Assembly (NCBI GenBank): GCA_037137395.1
Contig: JBAXKK010000052.1
Location: 1-18,547 of the forward strand
Source: Elusimicrobiota bacterium
Lineage (GTDB): Bacteria; Elusimicrobiota; Elusimicrobia; Elusimicrobiales; UBA9959
Length of the DNA: 18,547 nt
Direction: 5' to 3'
The notes beneath the pieces are model-generated. The model was not told where the DNA came from, did not search any database, and was given only the letters and a program-made list of their open reading frames with translations. Both the position numbers and the translations under genes were made by a program. Positions 1 to 9,048 of this stretch are shown here, one piece after another. How positions within the stretch are numbered: position 1 is the first letter of the stretch; the number at the start of each line of letters is the position of its first letter.

Positions 1-1
1 A

Positions 2-946
2 TACGGCCTACCCTATTTAAAAGAACAACATCCGTCTTATAAAGAGCCGGTCCCGGCTTTTGAGACCGTTAAGGATTCGATCGTAATACACCGGGGCTGC
101 TTCGGCGGCTGCGCCTTCTGCTCACTTGGCCTCCACCAGGGAAAATTCATTCAGTCCCGCAGCTGCGCGTCCATCGTTAAAGAAGCCGCAAAACTGGTGA
201 GCGAAAAAGATTCCACCCGCTTTATCTCCGACTTGGGCGCTCCGTCAGCCAATATGTACAGCATGGGCGGCTTGGATAAAAACATCTGTGAAAAATGCAA
301 ACGGCCCTCCTGCCTGCATCCGTCTATCTGCTCCAACCTAAACACCGATCACAAACCGCTCCTTGATCTGCTGCGCGAAGTCAGGAGAATAAAAGGCCTG
401 AAAAAAGCTTTCGTAGCTTCCGGTATAAGAATGGACCTGGCGCTCCAGTGCGGCGAATATATAAACGAAATAGCCGTTTTCCACACCAGCGGACAGTTAA
501 AAGTAGCGCCGGAACATAGCCGGCCCGAAGTGCTGTCCAAGATGCGCAAACCCGCAAGCGGCGTGTTTCTTAAATTCGCCGAACAATTTTTAGCAGCCTC
601 CTCAAAGGCGGGAAAGGAGCAGTATCTGGTGCCCTACTTTATCTCAGCCCACCCAGGGGCCACGCTCGAAGACGCGGCGGAACTGGCGGTTTTTCTAAAG
701 GCTCACCGCTACCGCCCGCTGCAGATAAACGATTTCCTTCCCGCGCCCATGGATATAGCCTCTTCAATGTACTACACAGGGCTGGACCCTTTCACGATGG
801 AACCGGTCTACTCCGCGAAAAAAGAAACGGAACGGCGCCTGCACAGGGCGCTGCTCCAGTACTTCAAGCCGGAAAACCGGCCGCTTATAATGAAAGCTTT
901 GAAACAGATAAATAGAACGGATTTGATAAGGAAAATATTAGGCTAA
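2..946 (+). CDS. YgiQ/UPF0313-family radical SAM protein, 5'-truncated by the window edge
   Basis: The frame is open from position 2 and translates ...HRGCFGGCAFCSLGLHQGKFIQSRS (CxxxCxxC radical SAM motif). It continues with SGIRMDL, LKVAPEH, QYLVPYFISAHPG and MYYTGLDPFTMEPVY, typical of YgiQ-family proteins. The ORF-track start at 197 is internal. Confidence 0.9.
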   Translation, partial: YGLPYLKEQHPSYKEPVPAFETVKDSIVIHRGCFGGCAFCSLGLHQGKFIQSRSCASIVKEAAKLVSEKDSTRFISDLGAPSANMYSMGGLDKNICEKCKRPSCLHPSICSNLNTDHKPLLDLLREVRRIKGLKKAFVASGIRMDLALQCGEYINEIAVFHTSGQLKVAPEHSRPEVLSKMRKPASGVFLKFAEQFLAASSKAGKEQYLVPYFISAHPGATLEDAAELAVFLKAHRYRPLQINDFLPAPMDIASSMYYTGLDPFTMEPVYSAKKETERRLHRALLQYFKPENRPLIMKALKQINRTDLIRKILG

Positions 947-950
947 AAAA

Positions 951-1025
951 TTAAGGATTAAGTTGTAAGATATAAGTTATAAGAGGGAAATGATTTAAAC
1001 TTAATCCTTAGAACTTACGCCTTAA
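951..1025. repeat. Inverted pair of degenerate 7-mer arrays (core TAAG / CTTA) between convergent genes
   Basis: ttaagga ttaagtt gtaagat ataagtt ataagag (951-985), then aacttaa tccttag aacttac gccttaa (998-1025). 952-964 is the exact reverse complement of 998-1010. Confidence 0.7.
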
Positions 1026-2170
1026 GTCGTTTTTTTGTGATGGTGCAGGGCCTTCACCATCTCGTCGGCGTAAAGGACAAATTTCTCCGGCCCGAAACCC
1101 TTGACATCCTTCAACTGCTCCGGCGTCTTTGGATTTATCAAAGCCGTCTTCTCCAGGACATCGTTGCCAAGCACGGCTTCGGGCAGCATATTGCGCCTGT
1201 TAGCCGTCTCCAACCGCCAGGCCTTAAGCGTTTTAAAACGTTCTCTTATACCTTCAAAATGCTGATGTTTATCGGGAGCGGGGGCGGCGGCTCGTTTCGG
1301 AAACTGTACTTCCGGGGCCTTCAAGCCCAACTGAATGGCGTCCTTTATCCAGGGTCCGTGATTGGCCAGCACGTAAGTGGACATTCCTTTAAAAATTGAA
1401 AGATTCTCAAGTGCCTCTTTGGGCGCCGTAGCCAGACGGAACATAAGGTCTTCGCTTATAATTTTAAAAGGCGGCCGGTTCCGCTCTTTTGCCGCAGCTT
1501 CCCGGCAAATATAAAGTTCTCTGAGAACAGCCAGCCCGCGGCCATTAAGCTGGCGGGCCTCTCTGATACGGAAAAATCCGTTAGGGTCAAAAACGCTTCG
1601 TGACGGCTCAAGAACCGCGACCTCAGCGAATTCGCTTTTGATCTCTTCAAGTTTCCCCTTCTTATTGAGTTCCTCGGCGAACATGGTGCGGAGCTTGTGG
1701 AGATAAAGCACGTCACCTATGGCATAATCCAGCATTTCTTTCATCAGCGGCCGCCGGCCCCAATCGGCTTTCTGAAATTTTTTATTCAGCTCGATACCTA
1801 TATGTTCTTTAACCATATTATCAAGGCCGCAACGCTTGATGCCAAGGTATTTAGCGGCAAGCATGACATCAAATATATTCTCAAACTTGCACGGCATAGC
1901 CACCTTGAGGGTTCTGATATCGGACTCAGCCGAATGAAAAATCTTCTCTATGTGTTTATTGACGAAAATCGGCGCAAGTCCCTTGATATCTACGGCAATG
2001 GAATCAACCACGGCGTTTAAATGCTCGCTGGCCAGCTGCACCAGACAGAGCTGCTCTTTATGAACATACATACTGTTTGATTCCGTATCTATTGAAAGGT
2101 ATTTATGGGAGCTCAATTTTGCGACAAGGGCGTCAAAATCGGCCTGCCTGTCTATAAAGGTATAGGGCAT
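1022..2170 (-). CDS. rnd: Ribonuclease D-like 3'-5' exonuclease with HRDC domains
   Basis: SIDTE (ExoI), KIFHSAESD (ExoII), IFDVMLAA, FQKADWGRRPL..MLDYAIGDV (ExoIII). Two HRDC-like segments follow (REAAAKERNRPPFKII; LKAWRLETANRRNMLPEAVL...VKGFGPEK). Confidence 0.88.
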   Translation of the reverse strand: MPYTFIDRQADFDALVAKLSSHKYLSIDTESNSMYVHKEQLCLVQLASEHLNAVVDSIAVDIKGLAPIFVNKHIEKIFHSAESDIRTLKVAMPCKFENIFDVMLAAKYLGIKRCGLDNMVKEHIGIELNKKFQKADWGRRPLMKEMLDYAIGDVLYLHKLRTMFAEELNKKGKLEEIKSEFAEVAVLEPSRSVFDPNGFFRIREARQLNGRGLAVLRELYICREAAAKERNRPPFKIISEDLMFRLATAPKEALENLSIFKGMSTYVLANHGPWIKDAIQLGLKAPEVQFPKRAAAPAPDKHQHFEGIRERFKTLKAWRLETANRRNMLPEAVLGNDVLEKTALINPKTPEQLKDVKGFGPEKFVLYADEMVKALHHHKKTT

Positions 2171-2177
2171 ATAAAAT

Positions 2178-2186
2178 ATAATAACA
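2178..2186 (-). promoter_or_regulatory. Candidate extended -10 promoter (TG-T-TATTAT) 7 nt before the rnd ATG, possibly a leaderless transcript
   Basis: The minus strand reads TGTTATTAT-ATTTTAT-ATG and has no Shine-Dalgarno sequence. Confidence 0.4.
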
Positions 2187-2219
2187 TATATTGCGGTCGG
2201 CCTCAGGGGCTGACCATGC

Positions 2220-2335
2220 GATAAGCCATACGCTTTAGGCTTTAGGCAGAGGGATTTTACAATGAATAAGTAAACGCATGTGGTATAAGGTAATAAATCT
2301 GCTTATGGCTTATGGCCTATGGCTTACAGCATATA
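2220..2335. repeat. Degenerate 7-mer arrays (GCTTATG family), partly inverted, in the divergent intergenic region
   Basis: gcttatg gcttatg gcctatg gcttaca gcatata at 2301-2335. Complementary-like units gataagc catacgc and tttaggc x2 lie at 2220-2247. Confidence 0.6.
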
Positions 2336-2346
2336 GTAATAACTTT

Positions 2347-2907
2347 ATGAATTACATAATCTTCTATAAACCTTACGGCGTACTTTCACAATTCACTCCC
2401 GCGCACGGACACAAATCCCTTTCGGATTTCGGCTTTCCCAAAGGCGTCTACGCAGCCGGACGCCTGGACGCCGACAGCGAAGGCCTACTCTTCCTCACCG
2501 ACGACGGGATTTTCCAGAGCCGTATAGCCGAACCTAAGCATAAAACACCAAAGATCTACCTGGCGCAGGTAGAACGAATCATCACCCCTGAAGCCCTGGA
2601 ACAACTGAGCAAAGGCCTGGTCCTCAACGACGGACCCACCCTGCCGTGCAAGGCCACTGCCGTACCAGAGCCGTCCCTACCCCCGAGAACCCCCCCTATC
2701 AGGTTTCGCAAAACCGTTCCTACCTCCTGGGTCGAAATCGAACTAAAGGAGGGACGCAACCGCCAGGTACGCCGGATGCTGGCCTGCGTGGGCTTTCCGG
2801 TACTGCGTCTGGCGCGGCGCGCCATAGGCACGCTGACACTGGACGGTCTGACTCCCGGCCAATGGCGGGAACTGACCCCGGCCGAAATAAAGAATTTGTA
2901 TAATTAA
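2347..2907 (+). CDS. rluE: rRNA pseudouridine synthase, RsuA/RluE family (no S4 domain)
   Basis: [12 protein letters not shown], catalytic [34 protein letters not shown]. The start is moved to the ATG at 2347 because the upstream in-frame extension is largely translated 7-mer repeat (MAYGLWL). Confidence 0.85.
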   Translation: MNYIIFYKPYGVLSQFTPAHGHKSLSDFGFPKGVYAAGRLDADSEGLLFLTDDGIFQSRIAEPKHKTPKIYLAQVERIITPEALEQLSKGLVLNDGPTLPCKATAVPEPSLPPRTPPIRFRKTVPTSWVEIELKEGRNRQVRRMLACVGFPVLRLARRAIGTLTLDGLTPGQWRELTPAEIKNLYN

Positions 2908-3004
2908 CCTCAATCCTGCAGTTCAGAGTAGTTCTCATTGGATAAATAAGGGAGCAAATTAGCCTGCAGGATTGCCCAGGAAGCGGGCGGGAAGCGGACA
3001 AAAA

Positions 3005-4252
3005 ATGACTTTTTTAAAGGACATGAAAACCGGGTTGACCAGAAATGTGACTTTTCTGGGCATTGTAAGCGGCCTCACCGATATCTCCAGCGAGATGCTC
3101 TATCCGATAGTCCCGATTTTCCTCACCTCTATACTTGGCGCGCCGATGAGCACCGTGGGCTTTATAGAAGGAGTAGCGGAATCAACCGCCAGCTTCCTGA
3201 AGATCGCCGGCGGCATGTGGTCGGACAAGGTCGGACAACGCAAACCATTTGTCGTGGCGGGATACAGCCTCTCGGCTATCTCAAAGCCGGTACTCGCCCT
3301 TGCCTATACCTGGCATTTTGTACTCTTCTCCAGATTTATAGATCGCGTAGGCAAGGGCCTGCGCACCTCGGCTCGCGATGCGATGATAGCCAACTCCACA
3401 GAGAAGCAACACTGGGGAAAGGCATTCGGTTTCCACCGGGCGATGGACACAATGGGCGCGGCCCTCGGCCCTCTGGCAGCCCTGTTAATGCTCACCATGA
3501 TGCCGCCATCCGCGCCCGACTACCGCTTCATTTTCACGATAGCCTTTATTCCGGCTGTGCTGGGCGTTTTCGTCCTGATCTATTTTGTAAAGGAATCAAA
3601 AAGCAGGGTTGAGGGTTCAGGGTACAGGGTTCAGGGTCAAGGCATTCCGAATAACTCCACCCTAAACCCTAAACCCTCTACCCCATCCCCTACCCCTATG
3701 TCCTCAGATTTTAAAACCTTCGTCGGCCTGTACGCCATCTTCGCCCTCGGCAATTCCAGCGATGTATTTCTGATAATGAAAGCTAAAAGCGTCGGCTTTA
3801 CCACCATCAATGTTATCCTGGCTTACACGGCTTACAATCTTGTCTACGCCCTTCTGGCCGCGCCGGCAGGCTGGCTGTCGGATAAATTGGGCAAGATCAA
3901 AACCATGGTTTTCGGCTTCCTGGTCTTCGCCGCAGTTTATATTGGTTTCGCTACAGCCGGGAAAAGTTGGATGATCTGGGCGCTGTTCGCTCTTTACGGT
4001 TTCTACGGCGCGTTCAACGAGGGTATAGCCAAAGCCGTCATCTCGCACCTTAGCGCGGATGATAACCGCGCCACCGCCATGGGGTATTTTCAGGGCTCTC
4101 TGGGCTTTCTCACCTTCTTCGCCAGCACCATGGCCGGCTTCCTTTGGACCAGATTTTCTCCCGCGGCGCCTTTCCTGGTCGGAGCCGGTTGCGCCCTCAT
4201 TTCCACAATAGCGCTTACAATCTGGAGCAGAAAAAAGCAGTTAGCATTCTAA
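3005..4252 (+). CDS. Major facilitator superfamily transporter
   Basis: About 12 hydrophobic segments, with MFS motif A in both halves (GMWSDKVGQRK; GWLSDKLGK) plus DRVGKGLRTSARDAMIA and AFGFHRAMDT. The ATG at 3005 is preferred over the TTG at 2972. Confidence 0.9.
   Translation: MTFLKDMKTGLTRNVTFLGIVSGLTDISSEMLYPIVPIFLTSILGAPMSTVGFIEGVAESTASFLKIAGGMWSDKVGQRKPFVVAGYSLSAISKPVLALAYTWHFVLFSRFIDRVGKGLRTSARDAMIANSTEKQHWGKAFGFHRAMDTMGAALGPLAALLMLTMMPPSAPDYRFIFTIAFIPAVLGVFVLIYFVKESKSRVEGSGYRVQGQGIPNNSTLNPKPSTPSPTPMSSDFKTFVGLYAIFALGNSSDVFLIMKAKSVGFTTINVILAYTAYNLVYALLAAPAGWLSDKLGKIKTMVFGFLVFAAVYIGFATAGKSWMIWALFALYGFYGAFNEGIAKAVISHLSADDNRATAMGYFQGSLGFLTFFASTMAGFLWTRFSPAAPFLVGAGCALISTIALTIWSRKKQLAF
3604..3698. 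repeat. In-frame inverted 7-mer arrays (CAGGGTT)5 / (AACCCTA)5-6 within the MFS central loop
   Basis: cagggtt gagggtt cagggta cagggtt cagggtc (3604-3638), then cacccta aacccta aaccctc tacccca tccccta (3658-3692). Encodes RVEGSGYRVQGQG...STLNPKPSTPSPTP. Confidence 0.8.
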
Positions 4253-4255
4253 TAT

Positions 4256-4290
4256 CACCCTGAACCCTAACACCTATACCCTTATCCTAT
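4256..4290. repeat. Degenerate (AACCCTR) 7-mer array filling the MFS-desulfidase intergenic gap
   Basis: caccctg aacccta acaccta taccctt atcctat, the same unit family as 3658-3692. Confidence 0.6.
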
Positions 4291-5581
4291 GACCACCTTA
4301 CTTAAAGAAGTCCTGAAACATGAAGTCTACCCGGCTATGGGCTGCACCGAGCCTGTGGCCGTGGCGTTCTGCGCCGCGAGCGCCGCAAAACTGCTCGGAA
4401 ATGAAAAGATACTTACGGCGGAAATAAAAACAGATCCCGGCACCTACAAGAACGGCCTGGCTGTGGCAATCCCAAACACCCGCGGAGCAAAAGGCAACCT
4501 GCTGGCAGCCTCGCTCGGCGCTCTCATAAGAGATCCCGGTCTTAAAACGGAAATTTTTAAAAAGATTTCACCAACTCTGCTTAAAAACGCCAAATCTCTG
4601 ATAAAAAACGGAAAGATAAGACTGGCAGTGGATTATACCCGGCGCGGAATTTATATAGAGACCCGCCTTAAGACCGCGCGCCATAGCGCCGTATGCGTGG
4701 TCGCGGGAGGCCACAGCAATGTCATACTGCTAAGGAAAGACGGCAAGACCCTGTTTAAAAGCAACCCGGTCAAGCCCGGCAAAAATCACGCCTCCTACAA
4801 AAACCTCCTCAAAAAATCGGATTTCAAACACCTCTTCAAAGAAGCGGAACGAGCGGATGCCAAAGATCTGGCTTACATAAAAACAGGCATAGAACTTAAC
4901 CTCAAGGCCGCTAAAGAAGGCCTCAAGCTGAAAAAAGTCGGCTACTATATCTCCGACCTTATAAAAAAAGGCTATTTAAAAAGGGATATCCTATCCGTAG
5001 CCAAGCTCACCTCCTCCGCCGCCACCGACGCGCGAATGGCCGGGGCCACGGTAAAAGTAATGTCCAGCGGAGAATCCGGCAACCAGGGCGTTGTCGCCAT
5101 ATTGGTCCCTTACCTGGTAGGCAAGGCTTTTAAAATAAAAGAGACTAAAGTTTTACGGAGCATAGCCCTTTCTCACCTGGTGAATTCCTATATAAAGGTC
5201 TTCACGGGCGAATTGGCTCCCATCTGCGGCTGCGCTGTAGCCGCAGGCGTAGGCGCCTCGGTGGCAGTGGTCTATCAGCAAAAGGGCGCTGATCTTAAAG
5301 CCGCAACGAGGGCGGTAAACACAGTGATCAGCGATATCGGCGGCATGCTTTGCGACGGCGCTAAAAGCGGCTGCGCTCTCAAGGTGGCTTCCTCGGCCGA
5401 TTCCGCCATCCGCGCAGCCTATATGGCAATAAACGGCGAAGGCATAACGGAGCTCGAAGGCTTCATCGGCGCCACAGCCGAGGAGACCATAAAAAATATG
5501 GCCCGCATCTCAAAGATGGGCATGGATAAGGTTGACAGGATAATACTGGACATTATGTCGTCTAAGAATCTCAAAAGCTAA
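4289..5581 (+). CDS. YhaM/CyuA (UPF0597)-like L-cysteine desulfidase / serine dehydratase alpha-family Fe-S protein
   Basis: PAMGCTEPVAVA, DARMAG, SGNQG, LAPICGCAVAAG, GMLCDGAKSGCALK. Confidence 0.85.
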   Translation: MTTLLKEVLKHEVYPAMGCTEPVAVAFCAASAAKLLGNEKILTAEIKTDPGTYKNGLAVAIPNTRGAKGNLLAASLGALIRDPGLKTEIFKKISPTLLKNAKSLIKNGKIRLAVDYTRRGIYIETRLKTARHSAVCVVAGGHSNVILLRKDGKTLFKSNPVKPGKNHASYKNLLKKSDFKHLFKEAERADAKDLAYIKTGIELNLKAAKEGLKLKKVGYYISDLIKKGYLKRDILSVAKLTSSAATDARMAGATVKVMSSGESGNQGVVAILVPYLVGKAFKIKETKVLRSIALSHLVNSYIKVFTGELAPICGCAVAAGVGASVAVVYQQKGADLKAATRAVNTVISDIGGMLCDGAKSGCALKVASSADSAIRAAYMAINGEGITELEGFIGATAEETIKNMARISKMGMDKVDRIILDIMSSKNLKS

Positions 5582-5597
5582 CAGGGGCAGCGAAGTT

Positions 5598-6383
5598 ATG
5601 ACCGACTTATATTGCGTCCTACATAAAGATATCTCTTATTCCCCGGAAAAAACGGCTGATTTCCTGGCCGTGGAACGGTGTATCGACCGCGCTGACGCGG
5701 CCGCCGCTTTTAAAAAAACCCCCGGCTTTCTGCTTGAGAACGCTGAATTGGGCAAAGCTTCCGCTTTCAACTTCCGGGCTTCAGCTTTCGGTTTTGAAAC
5801 GCTGCTGCTGTCGCAAAAGGAACTCAAAAGTCCGCCACCTGCGTCCGTCCTCTCAAAGATTGAATTTAAAACGGATGGTTTTTATTATTTCTCAAGCGCC
5901 ACCAAGGAGCATCTCCCTTTTGAAGCCGTGAGGGCTGTCACCGCCTGCGCCTTCGGCGTGGAAACGCCACCCAGGGAAACTTCTGAAACAGAAGTTGACC
6001 TGCTGAATTCTCTGCGCGCGCGCTATTTCCCATTCGCCCTGCCTTTCGGAGAAAAATACAGTCAGGCGCCCGTCACTCCTTTGCCCCCCTCTCCCGTAAA
6101 GGAAACCGTATTCCTTGCGGACATACTTACCGGAGAGCCAATACCGCTCCGTTTAACTCTGAACTGCGACGAGCATGATTATTCAAGCCTTGGAGAGAAA
6201 AAAACATTATCAAGTTTTGAAAATTTCCGTTTACTACTGGGGGAACTTTCATCACTGGCCTTTGGCGCGGCCAAAAACCCATTTCTACAGGCGCTCCTCG
6301 CCAAGAAGGCACTCAGCCATCTCAAATATCCTTCGGTTGCCTCATATGAAAAAGAACTTATCTGGATTAACACAGTGCGGTAG
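5598..6383 (+). CDS. Hypothetical protein (261 aa)
   Basis: Long ORF starting 16 nt after the upstream stop, co-oriented, with AGGGG upstream. No motif I can recognise. Confidence 0.7.
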   Translation: MTDLYCVLHKDISYSPEKTADFLAVERCIDRADAAAAFKKTPGFLLENAELGKASAFNFRASAFGFETLLLSQKELKSPPPASVLSKIEFKTDGFYYFSSATKEHLPFEAVRAVTACAFGVETPPRETSETEVDLLNSLRARYFPFALPFGEKYSQAPVTPLPPSPVKETVFLADILTGEPIPLRLTLNCDEHDYSSLGEKKTLSSFENFRLLLGELSSLAFGAAKNPFLQALLAKKALSHLKYPSVASYEKELIWINTVR

Positions 6384-6487
6384 TACGACAGCAAGGCAGC
6401 GCGGCAGCAAGACAGTACGACAGGGAAACAGTACTACGGGGAGCAGTGAGTATTACTGCCGCACTGCCGCGCTATCCTGTCCCGCTG
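6373..6487. repeat. Inverted pair of degenerate 8-mer arrays (CAGYRCGR family)
   Basis: cagtgcgg tagtacga cagcaagg cagcgcgg cagcaaga cagtacga cagggaaa cagtacta (6373-6436), then tattactg ccgcactg ccgcgcta (6451-6474). ccgcactg is the reverse complement of cagtgcgg. Confidence 0.75.
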
Positions 6488-6493
6488 ACTTAG

Positions 6494-6499
6494 TATAAT
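6494..6499 (+). promoter_or_regulatory. Consensus -10 box TATAAT 6 nt before the GH57 ATG, possibly a leaderless transcript
   Basis: TATAAT-TATCCT-ATG, with no Shine-Dalgarno sequence. Confidence 0.45.
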
Positions 6500-6505
6500 T
6501 ATCCT

Positions 6506-8989
6506 ATGGAAAAAGCAGCTAAAGCAAAAAAGTATCTTACAATCCACGCTCATTTTTATCAGCCTCCCCGCGAGAACCCCTGGACGGGCGACATTCCTCC
6601 GCAGAATTCTGCCTTCCCCTACAACGACTGGAACGAGCGCATAGCCCGCGAGTGCTATATACCCAACGCTTACGCGCGCATAAACGATTCTATGGGCCGC
6701 GCCGTTGAACTGGTCAACAACTACGAATATCTCAATTTTGATTTCGGTCCCACGCTCCTGACCTGGATGGAAAAGCGATATCCGGCTTATTACGCTAAGA
6801 TCGTACAAACCGGCGCAAAAACAAGGACGAAGACCGGTCATTCCAACGCCATAGCCCAGGCCTATAATCACAGCATACTCCCGCTGGCGTCGTTCAACGA
6901 CCGGCTGACGCAAGTCCTCTGGGGACTGGCTGACTTTGAGCGGCGCTTCGGTTTTAAGGCCGAAGCCATGTGGCTGCCGGAAACCGCCGCCGACGAGGGC
7001 ACCCTGCGCCTGCTCATAGACCAGGGCCTGCGCTACGCTATATTATCTCCGTACCAGGCCGAAAAAATACGGCCTCTGGACTCGGAAACATGGACAGATA
7101 TAGAAGCCGGACAGTTCGAGAACAGGCGACCATACGCCTGGTTCGACCGCACGCCGACCGGAGAAAAAATAAAGAACCGCAGCCTCACTCTTTTCTTTTA
7201 CGACGGCCCGCTTTCAAAAGCCGTGGCTTTCGAGGGCGCGTTAAAAAATTCCGAAAGCTTCGCCTCACGCCTGGCCGAAAACTTCAAACACGGGGCCGAA
7301 CATGACCAGCTCCTCAGCATAGCCATAGACGGAGAGACCTTCGGCCACCACCACAAATTTGCCGACCTTACCCTGGCGCACGCTTTCCGCCACGAGATAC
7401 ATAAACACGGCATAGAAGTGACGAATTTCTCTTCATATCTGGATTCGCATCCGGCGACTCACGAAGCTGAGATCAAAAAAGGCCCGGACGGAGACGGCAC
7501 TGCCTGGAGCTGCGCCCACGGAATACGCCGCTGGAAAGGGGGTTGCGACTGCGGGCAGGAGGGCGCCGGCCAGACCAACTGGCGCATGCCGCTCAGGGCC
7601 GCCTTGAACTGGCTCAGAGACGCGGCGGACGAAGTTTACGCGGCGCAAGCCCAGGACCTGCTCAAGGACATCTGGCGGGCGAGGAACGATTATGTCACCC
7701 TTTTCTCGCTCCCGTCAAGGACTGGCGCGGAAGCCTTTATAGCCGCACATGCTTTAAAAACGCTATCCCATGAAGATAAAATCCGCGCGCTTAAGCTCCT
7801 TGAGCTTCAGAAAGATATTAATTTCATGTTCACCAGCTGCGGCTGGTTTTTCTCCGATATTTCCAGGATAGAAGCGGTGCAGAACCTGAAGTACGCGGCC
7901 AAAGCCGCCATGACTCTGGATGAATTGGGATTTAAGAACATAGAAAAGGGGTTTGCCGCCATTCTGGAGCTGGCGCCTTCAAATTATGCCAATTGCGAAA
8001 ATGGGCGAAAGGTGTATGAAACCCAGGCGCGGGGCCCGCTGCCGGCCATGAAATCGCTGGCGGCCTTCCGGCTGGTGGAAAAGCTGCTTTTCGGGCTGCC
8101 CCTTACCGGTCCGGGCCATACCCACTTCAGGATTTTCAAAGAGGAGACCTCAATATCAGGAGAGCTTGAAACCGTCACAGGCGAACTGATGGAGGAAAAC
8201 ACTCTAACTATCGAGAGCCGGGCAACATCCTTCCTATACGTTCGGCATGATTCTGAACTGCCTGTCGTATGGTTTTCCGCGCCGGAAAACCTGGACGAGT
8301 TTCGCCGCCTTGCGCGCAGCCCATCCTTCGACGCGCTGCGGACCGGCACCGCGTCATTAAAGGCTACGTGTGTTTCGTTTGAAGATTTCCCTCCCGAGGA
8401 CAAATCAGCCGTCATCAAGGGTTTCGTACGCTCGGTCCGCAATAAGAACCGGGGGTTGCTATCAAAGATAGTACACGACTACCTGTACATGTTCGACAAG
8501 AATCCCAAGATCGGCCTTTCGGAATTCAGCGAGATAAAGTATGAGGTTGAAATATACGCGGCTGAGGTCTTTGAAATACTTTTTGACGAACTTTCACTTT
8601 CCCACGACCCTGAGCTGCTGGAGAAGATCTACGCCCAATCGCAAAATCTGAAGCGGCATCAACTGGTGATACGCTTCGTGGTGCCGCCGCTAAAAGCCGC
8701 CGACTGCGTCCTGTACGCTCTGGAAGAAACGCTAGCCTCTCCCTCACCGGAGAATCTGGCGCGGCTGCTGAAACTGCTGCACATAGTGCGCAATCTGGGT
8801 CTGCACGACGCTTTTTTTCACCTTCAGAACGGCCTTTCGGAGTTATTCGCCGGGGCCGCGGCCTCACCCGCGCAATGGGCCCCCTACGCGCGCGAGATCA
8901 GGGACCTATACGATAATTCCGACATCATAATAGACCGGTTTTCTTCCAGGTTAGACGAACTTGCAACTATAGCGGGAAATAAAACATAA
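6506..8989 (+). CDS. Glycoside hydrolase family 57 protein with DUF3536-type region
   Basis: IHAHFYQPPRENPW, NFDFGPTLL, YNHSILPL, MWLPETA (nucleophile), AIDGETFGHH (acid/base), WSCAHGIRRW, MFTSCGWFF. Confidence 0.9.
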   Translation: MEKAAKAKKYLTIHAHFYQPPRENPWTGDIPPQNSAFPYNDWNERIARECYIPNAYARINDSMGRAVELVNNYEYLNFDFGPTLLTWMEKRYPAYYAKIVQTGAKTRTKTGHSNAIAQAYNHSILPLASFNDRLTQVLWGLADFERRFGFKAEAMWLPETAADEGTLRLLIDQGLRYAILSPYQAEKIRPLDSETWTDIEAGQFENRRPYAWFDRTPTGEKIKNRSLTLFFYDGPLSKAVAFEGALKNSESFASRLAENFKHGAEHDQLLSIAIDGETFGHHHKFADLTLAHAFRHEIHKHGIEVTNFSSYLDSHPATHEAEIKKGPDGDGTAWSCAHGIRRWKGGCDCGQEGAGQTNWRMPLRAALNWLRDAADEVYAAQAQDLLKDIWRARNDYVTLFSLPSRTGAEAFIAAHALKTLSHEDKIRALKLLELQKDINFMFTSCGWFFSDISRIEAVQNLKYAAKAAMTLDELGFKNIEKGFAAILELAPSNYANCENGRKVYETQARGPLPAMKSLAAFRLVEKLLFGLPLTGPGHTHFRIFKEETSISGELETVTGELMEENTLTIESRATSFLYVRHDSELPVVWFSAPENLDEFRRLARSPSFDALRTGTASLKATCVSFEDFPPEDKSAVIKGFVRSVRNKNRGLLSKIVHDYLYMFDKNPKIGLSEFSEIKYEVEIYAAEVFEILFDELSLSHDPELLEKIYAQSQNLKRHQLVIRFVVPPLKAADCVLYALEETLASPSPENLARLLKLLHIVRNLGLHDAFFHLQNGLSELFAGAAASPAQWAPYAREIRDLYDNSDIIIDRFSSRLDELATIAGNKT

Positions 8990-9028
8990 AAAAGCGGGAA
9001 GGTTTAAAAACCTTCCCGCTCTGCTTTT
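8987..9028. terminator. Probable bidirectional intrinsic terminator between the convergent GH57 genes
   Basis: agcgggaaggtt-taaa-aaccttcccgct (8993-9020) forms a 12-bp perfect stem. It is preceded by an A-tract (a U-tract on the minus strand) and followed by ctgctttt. Confidence 0.85.
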
Positions 9029-9048
9029 GTATACCGCAACCGAGGTTA

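Noticed and set aside
1022..2170. HRDC domains as a DGR accessory gene
   Set aside because: They belong to a full-length RNase D ~10 kb away in housekeeping context.
2278..2346. N-terminal extension of the pseudouridine synthase
   Set aside because: It is largely translated heptamer repeat. Family homology begins at Met 2347.
3658..3678. CCCTAAA plant-telomere-like repeat suggesting eukaryotic contamination
   Set aside because: Only about two units, in frame in a bacterial MFS gene, and part of a local inverted heptamer family.
6373..6487. CRISPR array (also considered for 16551-16680)
   Set aside because: There are no constant 23-47 nt repeats separated by unique spacers, and no cas genes.
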